Below are positions 55,777 through 64,000 of a stretch of 64,000 bases of DNA, piece after piece; within the stretch, counting starts at the first letter, position 1, and every line of letters starts with the position of its first letter. This stretch comes from Eledone cirrhosa (lineage: Eukaryota), in assembly GCA_964016885.1 (NCBI GenBank), contig OZ024759.1, positions 32,674,001 through 32,738,000 of the forward strand, read 5' to 3'. The notes below the pieces were generated by a model. The model was not told the DNA's origin and made no database searches. It saw only the letters and a list, made by a program, of their open reading frames with translations. The translations under genes and the position numbers were made by a program.

Positions 55777-56640
55777 TATATATATATATATACACATATA
55801 TATATATATATATATTTATTTAGTTATGTAATAAACAACATAAGGCAATTAATTCATTTACCAGTGGTTTCGTAAACTACTTTTGGATTTTCGTCAGTTT
55901 CTACGATGAGTGTTCCAGCTGTTTAAACAACAAACTGCTTGTGAGCAGAATTACGGTGTAAGTGGCTGAGCATTCCACAGACACGTGCAAGCTTAACATA
56001 GTTTTCAGGGGGATTAAACATGTCACTTGGGGGATCCAAACACCTCCACAACCACTTTGCAGTGGAATGATAGGAATGATAGGGACCCCAGTCCCTATCA
56101 TCTCATTTCTACAGCTGAGTAAATGAGAGCAATGTGAAATAAAGTGTCTTGCTCAAAGAAACAACACATCACCCGGTCTGAGATTTGAACTCACAACCTT
56201 TCGATTGCAAGGCCAATGCTCTTACCACTAAGCCATGTGCCTCCATATATATATATATCATATATTGATTTAGAAACTCAAAATAGCCTTTTACAATTAA
56301 ATAGCTCCAAGAAAGAAATGTTTCCGAGCCGTGTAATATAATTGAATATATGAGATAGATGAACATAGATATAAGTATAAATGTGTTCCAAAGGACCAAG
56401 TTAACTTGGTCCTTTGCAATTGGAACACATGTATACTTGTATCTGTGTTTATCTCTCTCATCATCATCATCATTTAACGTCTATCTTCCACGCTATATTC
56501 AATTATATATATATGGGGGATATATATATATAGTAGATATGCAAGAGATGTCAACATGAATGGACCTGTTATTCTTATCTAAAGACATTTTTTCCAATTC
56601 CATCCCGCCCGTCCCCTCAATCTATTTTATTTCCATTCTT

Positions 56641-56676
56641 TCTTCCGATGAAGGACTAGCGTCCGAAACGTTAAGA
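56641..56676 (+). ncRNA. Minimal hammerhead, U4C core variant (family of 16523)
   Basis: TCTT-CCGATGA-A-GGAC-TAGC-GTCC-GAAACGTT-AAGA inside a repeat copy at ~56545-56765. Confidence 0.55.
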
Positions 56677-56844
56677 CCCTCTTCCTGCTATATCAAGCAT
56701 TAACCTAATATATACCTTCCATATACTGTACCGATTGTGTTGTTATTTCTGTTTAGCTTTTACATATATATATATATATATATAATACCTAAGTGGGTGA
56801 AAAAGAAAAAGAAGAAATAAATGAACACCAAAAACAAGTCAGAA

Positions 56845-56877
<33 letters not shown>

Positions 56878-57233
56878 ATCAGACAGATCCTTCATTGAAA
56901 TCTCATCAGGAAAAGTCAGATAAAAAAATAAAAATAAAATTCAAAAACCAAAACATTTTGAAAATATTTCAACAGAAAAAAAAAAAAATTTTTTTTAAAG
57001 AAATTTAAATTAAAATACAAATCTCATAAGTTATTTGTATTGACAAAATATTTGCATGTAGTGTGTGTGAATGTATGTGTATATATATATATATGTATGT
57101 ATATATACATATATATGAATATGATTGTATATATGTATATATTATACATCCGTATATATATATATACAAATATACATGTATATATATAAACACACACATA
57201 GATATACGTATACATATATAAACACACACACAC

Positions 57234-57266
<33 letters not shown>

Positions 57267-57466
57267 CACACCTGTATACAAAGACAGAGGAGGGGGGCTA
57301 GTATTTTCTCATTTAAACAAAAAAAATATAAAATGAAAATTAATTTAAAAAATAAAAACAAGTAAAAATATATCAACAAAATAATAATTAAGACCAAATA
57401 TTAAGACAGGAGGTTCACCGCCCAAGTTTGGAGTTCTTTTACATTGGGGAGGAGATATTTTAGCCA

Positions 57467-59001
57467 TTAACCCTTTAGCATTTAAACCAGCTGTAACCAG
57501 CCAGAATTCTCTCTCCTCTTTCTATTTAACCGTTTAGCATTCACATTACTCTATATATACTATTGTATTTTGGTAGTAAACACTTTATCTTACATAATAT
57601 CTCACATAACATTCACATTACTCTATATATACTATTGTATTTTGGTAGTAAACACTTTATCTCACATAATATCTCACATAACATTTACATTACTCTATAT
57701 ATACTATTGTATTTTGGTAGTAAACACTTTATCTTACATAATATCTCACATAACATTCACATTACTCTATATATACTATTGTATTTTGGTAGTAAACACT
57801 TTTTCTTACATAATATCTCACATAACATTCACATTACTCTATATATACTATTGTATTTTGGTAGTAAACACTTTATCTCACATAATATCTCACATAACAT
57901 TTACATTACTCTATATATACTATTGTATTTTGGTAGTAAACACTTTATCTTACATAATATCTCACATAACATTCACATTACTCTATATATACTATTGTAT
58001 TTTGGTAGTAAACACTTTATCTTACATAATATCTCACATAACATTCACATTACTCTATATATACTATTGTATTTTGGTAGTAAACACTTTTTCTTACATA
58101 ATATCTCACATAACATTTACATTACTCTATATATACTATTGTATTTTGGTAGTAAACACTTTATCTTACATAATATCTCACATAACATTCACATTACTCT
58201 ATATATACTATTGTATTTTGGTAGTAAACACTTTTTCTTACATAATATCTCACATAACATTCACATTACTCTATATATACTATTGTATTTTGGTAGTAAA
58301 CACTTTATCTCACATAATATCTCACATAACATTCACATTACTCTATATATACTATTGTATTTTGGTAGTAAACACTTTATCTTACATAATATCTCACATA
58401 ACATTCACATTACTCTATATATACTATTGTATTTTGGTAGTAAACACTTTATCTCACATAATATCTCACATAACATTCACATTACTCTATATATACTATT
58501 GTATTTTGGTAGTAAACACTTTATCTCACATAATATCTCACATAACATTCACATTACTCTATATATACTATTGTATTTTGGTAGTAAACATTTTATCTTA
58601 CATAATATCTCACATAACATTCACATTACTCTATATATACTATTGTATTTTGGTAGTAAACACTTTATCTCACATAATATCGAATCTATGAAATTTTGAT
58701 GTTATTTATCTTGAGAACAATACCTTAACATCAGTATGAGTGGCCAGTTATAGCCGATTTGAACAGAAAGAAGTGAGACATTTCTGGCTGGATACGGCCG
58801 GTTTGAATACTAAAGGGTTAAACCAGCAATAACCGGCAAGAAATCTATCACCTCTTTCTATTTAAACCGGCTGCTCATACTGATGTTTATTCTCAAAATA
58901 AATAATATCAAAATCTCATAGGTTCGATATTATGTGAGATAAAGCCTTTAACATGATAATACAATAGTATATATAGAGCAATGTGAATGTTAAAGGGTTA
59001 A
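57467..59001. mobile_element. Nested piggyBac-like MITEs with an internal 72-bp array
   Basis: TTAA-CCCTTTAGCATT ... AA(A)GGG-TTAA termini at 57467, ~58820 and ~59001. Confidence 0.7.
57537..58680. repeat. 72-bp tandem minisatellite, ~16 copies
   Basis: Unit tcacattactctatatatactattgtattttggtagtaaacactttatcttacataatatctcacataacat. Confidence 0.95.
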
Positions 59002-59439
59002 GACAACATATTAAGACGGGAGGGTCGCAGCACAAATTTGGAGGTTTTCCTCACATTATATCGTGGAGATATTTTAGCCATTAAAACACCAAGTATTGTC
59101 AATTTACTTTACAATAATTTTTTAAGCAGTGGGCCACACGAGATATGACTCATCTTAGCTATAAAGTGGGCCACATCAGATATTGCTCCTCACAGCTATA
59201 AAATGGAGCACATCACACATCGGATGTGGCTCCTTATAGCTATAAAGTGGGTCTCACTAACAAAAAAAATTCAAGGCATTGCCATTCAGAAAGTCAAACC
59301 ATCACTGGATTATTCTCTGGTGTCAAATTCTTTGTTGTACCCTATGTGACCTGGTCACTGACACAACAACACAGCACATCTGTAACAATTGAGATGAAAA
59401 TATTTGTCAACACCAGGAAATAAATGATAAATATAAACA

Positions 59440-59645
59440 GTTTTTGCCTGTAAAATCTGTCAAGCGAGGTAGGAGGCCCAGAGCAAGATGGTTGGATAAC
59501 GTCCATGAGCTTGGCTGGTATCGCTTGGGGATCCAGCAGAATCAGTTGGAGATGGTTGTTTCTGACAGGACTCGTTGGAAGGAGTATTTCAGGACTCTGC
59601 CCCCACGACCCTCTCAGGAATAAGAGGGTGAAGAAGAAGAAAGAG
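59440..59645 (+). mobile_element. RTE-type LINE extreme 3' fragment
   Basis: KRGRRPRARWLDNV...VVSDRTRWKEY...LPPRPS; (GAA)n tail. Confidence 0.7.
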
Positions 59646-60197
59646 AACAGTTTTTTTTCTGTTTTTTTTCTCAATGGCTAATATAACTTGTTCACGATGT
59701 AATAGCTTTAGTTTCAACACATTGTCACACATTGTAAAAGACACCTAATAGGGACACGGTTGACAACCTCAAGGTCACTAAACAAGGGAGACAATAGAGA
59801 TAACAAAAAAGGGGCAAGGAGTATAAAAAGAAAAAAAATGATGGTTTCTGATTTAGGTACAAGGCGAACAATTTTTGGGAAGGAAAGGGAAAGTCGATTA
59901 AACCAACCCCAGTGTATTACTGGTACTTTATTTTATCGACCCTCTCCTGTAAGGATGAAAGACAAAGTTAACCTCGACGGGATTTGAACTCAGAACGTAA
60001 AGTGCCATAACTCTATGCCACAAAGCATATTGTCCGGCGCTCTATCGATTCTGACAACCCATTACCCTTTATAAAAAGAAAACAATAATAAAAATAAGTT
60101 AAAAATAATAAAAATAAGTTAAAGGCATCTCACCTTCACCAAAAGAATTGGTTATTGAATATTGTTAGCAGATTTGAGGTCAACAGACGTGTGTGTA

Positions 60198-60270
<73 letters not shown>

Positions 60271-61152
60271 GCGTGAAGGCGCATGGCTTAGTGGTAAGAG
60301 CATTGGCCTTGCAATCGAAAGGTTGTGAGTTCAATTCTCAGACCGGGTGATGTGTTGTTTCCTTGAGCAAGACACTTTATTTCACATTGCTCCAGTTTAC
60401 TCAGCTGTAGAAATGAGATGATAGGACAGGGGTCCCTATCATTCCACTGCAAAGTGGTCGTGGAGGTGCCACAGCCAAAAAAGCACCCAACCCACACTGT
60501 AAAATGGACGTGTAGGCGCCACAGAAAAGAAAAGCACCCAGCACTCACTGTAAATGAGGTTGGTGTTAGGAAGGGCATCCAGCTGTAGAAATCAAGCCAG
60601 AATCAGTTCCTGTATGAGCAAGACAAGGTCAGCTGACCGGACACTGACCACAACAGGACAACCCGTCTAACCCATGCTAGCGTGGAAGACAGACACGAAA
60701 CGAAACACACATACATATATATATCAATCTATATTTCTGTATCCTTTATCTATTTCTGCAGGTTTTATCTTAGACTATATATATGTATGTTGCCTATATA
60801 TGTATGTGTGTATTCTAACTATGTAGTTATATATATCTCTCTCTCTATATATATATATATGCGTGTGTGTATAATCAATGTGCATGTAGTTTTGACCTAT
60901 GTGTGAGGGTGTACATGTTTCAAGTACATTTAATCATTTGTTTTAAATACAAACACATTTTTATCTAATATATATTAATGTGTATATATATATGTGTGTG
61001 TGTGTCATTTAGTTACATTTTAATCTTTTCTAAATATAAATTAAACAACCCTGCCTTACATTTCATGCATGTGTGGGAGTGTATATATGTGTATATATAT
61101 ATATGCAGATATGTGTATGCATATATATACATATATGTGTATGTATGTATAA

Positions 61153-61183
<31 letters not shown>

Positions 61184-63848
61184 GAAAGAGAGAGAGATCT
61201 ATCAACATACATACTCAGATATACATCCCCCACTCAACACTGAGATAAAACAGAAACTGCATAAGGTATTCATGGCCTGACATGAGGTGATATATCCTGA
61301 CTAAATATACATTTCTCACATCAGATTAAACCACATATACATACACATATATATACACACACACATATATATATATATACACACATACATAACCTGTGCT
61401 AGCATGAAAACTGGCTGTTAAACGATGATGATAATGATATATATATATATATAACATCATCATCATATATATATGAATACACATTTATACATATACAAAC
61501 ACATATATTGCCATATATATATATATATACACACACACAAACACATGGAAAGTAATATTAAAACTCTGTAAAATGACAGCTGTGGCTTGATGTCATCTGT
61601 CAACAAGCCCCTAACGCCACTCCGTACCAGTAATTCATGCAGGTTTGTTTATTATTGTACCAGGAAGATTGCAGTAGGGTTTTGAAGGATATGTTTCATT
61701 TTTTTTTTCACTTTGTCTTGTGTAGTAATAGTTCTAGTGCCTAGCATACAGTATGTGGTGTGGTACTGGGGTAAAATTATATCATATATATATATATATA
61801 TACATACATAAATACATACATACATATCTATATACATATATATACACACACATGTATATGTATGCTTGTATACAGATGTTCATTCTGCACAAATGGCCGA
61901 AATTGTATATATATGCATATATACATATATACATATTCATATATATGCACATACGTATATATATTTATGCCAACCCATGCAAGCATGGAAAAGCAGATGT
62001 GAAAACGATAATGATGTTATAAATATATATATATATACACATGTTTATACATGCGTGTATATATATACACACACACATATATATAAACATGTATATACAC
62101 ATACATATATACATAAAATACATGTATATATATATATATATATATAGTAAAGACAAAAGTAGTACTACTCACCAGCCCATTTTCATGCAGATCTAGACAC
62201 TTTGGGATATATATTTATCTGATGTGAAATATTCCCATGTGATATCAAAGTATTAAAGATACCTAAACATTTCACTTAGGAGAAAGGAGATAAAACATTA
62301 TTTATATATATATATATAAAATATATGACGGCAATAATGAAGGACAGTGCCCGCTGAAGAGAAGTCGTCCATGTGGGCATATGTTATGTCGTGTGTGTAC
62401 TGTTATATCACGTGACTTAGCTGATTGGCAAACAGAGATCAATAAAATAAGCACCAGACTTAGAGTCCAATTTAATTGACTAAAAAACTTTGAAGTCATT
62501 GTTTCAATATAGCGGTCACTTCAGCTATTTGGACCAGTAAAATAAGTTTTAAAATGTGTGTGTGTGTGTGTGTCTGTTTGCCTCTGAGTGTGTGTGTGTG
62601 TTTGCCTGTGTCTGTGTGTGAGTTTATTTTCAGATGATCATGATGATATATATATGTGTGTGTGTATATATGTATGTATATATATATATATATATATAAG
62701 ATGGCGTAGGACAGAACAAAGGAGAGGCACAAAAACAAAGAAAAGAATCCCCAGTCACTGAAGAGGTCACAGAATGTGTGACGAAAGAACTTTGACAATA
62801 TATGAACACCCGTCCGATTGTGGAACCAACCGACCAACCAGAAATTTATAAATTTAATTTATAATAAATTGGAGTGAAAGCAACTGGTGCGTGTGTTTCT
62901 TACTGGCAACATGACCCTCCCAAAGTATAACAATATTGGTTTCAACACACGTTTTCAGATAAAGAATCTTGCTAAACAAATTCAGAAATTAAATATATAT
63001 ATATGTATATATATTTATATATACATTCACATACACACCCAATGTAATTACACATGAAGACGCACACAGATACAAATACACACATACATCTGCCTGTTCA
63101 TGTAATCTAAAAAAGAGACAAAGATGGAGAGAGAGAAACAAGGGGGTGAGATGCCAATTTAACCCGTTCCGAGTGCCATTTTGTAAACCAACAATATTTT
63201 TCAGTGAAGTGGGGTAGAGGGAGAGGGGAAGAGAAGAATAAAGGGGGTGGAGGAGTGGGGACATTTTTTTTAATACAAAAAAAGATTAAAAAATAAAAAT
63301 GTTCAAATCAATACCTTTATCGACAGCTCAGGTAAGACATTACTCATGGTCAAACCGTCAAAGCAATTGACATAATATCAACGAATACTCCCACCTTTTC
63401 CCGTCATATCGACAGATGCGTGGAGATTTTTTTTGTTTTAAATTTTTCACATTTCCAAAAGTTTTCAAAAATTTTTTTTCAAAAACTTAAAATTTTTCTG
63501 CATTTTTCAAATTTTCTTGAATGTCTTTTTTTCTTTGTATGTTTTAAGAGTTTGTTGTTGTTGTTTATTTGTTTTATTTGTTTGTTTTGTTGTTTTTTTT
63601 TCAAATTGGAATTATTTGTCTAAATCAGCGATTACAAAAAAAAACAAAAAACAATTAACTTGCTCAAGCTGTGGATGATGATTGTGAAATTATAACCCTA
63701 CTTCCACCACCACCACACACCAATCCTTTTGCCACCGTCATAGCAGTACACTCCCACCTATACATCCATATATATATATATCTGTCATTGTGTGTGTGTG
63801 TATACTTATATAGCTGCCCGTCCCCTCAATCTATCTTATTTCTCATTT

Positions 63849-63884
63849 TCTTCTGATGAAGGACTAGCGTCCGAAACGTTAGAA
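63849..63884 (+). ncRNA. Minimal hammerhead, third copy of the 16523 family (weaker stem I)
   Basis: CTGATGA-A-GGAC-TAGC-GTCC-GAAACGTT inside a repeat copy at ~63815-63972. Confidence 0.55.
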
Positions 63885-64000
63885 CCCTCTTCCTGCTATA
63901 TCAAGCGTTAACCTAATATATACCTTCCATATACTGTACCGATTGTGTTGTTATTTCTGTTTACCTTTTACATACACACACTCACATATATACATATATA

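Overview
Eukaryotic, AT-rich, microsatellite-dense DNA. The SINE/LINE repertoire and huge (TA)n tracts suggest an octopod cephalopod (inference). One host gene is clear: six + strand coding exons (15567-21550) of a stomatin/MEC-2-like SPFH (band 7) gene, whose N-terminal exons were not found in this window. The rest is fragments of RTE, CR1/L2-like and R4-like (RLE) LINEs, two tRNA-derived SINE families, a TTAA-flanked piggyBac-type MITE and several minisatellites. Almost all long ORFs in the track are microsatellite artefacts. Two unusual signals stand out. (1) At least six sequence families of short non-coding elements sit in (TA)n tracts and carry type I hammerhead ribozyme motifs (CUGANGA...GAAA...UH). 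Many are fold-back palindromes whose inversion junction falls on or next to the ribozyme core, stem II or the cleavage site, consistent with Penelope-like pLTR/retrozyme remnants. (2) A ~7 kb graded inverted repeat is centred at 44643, with a GC-rich core of 75-bp units carrying five evenly spaced dyad axes. All coordinates were read by eye; repeat boundaries are approximate.
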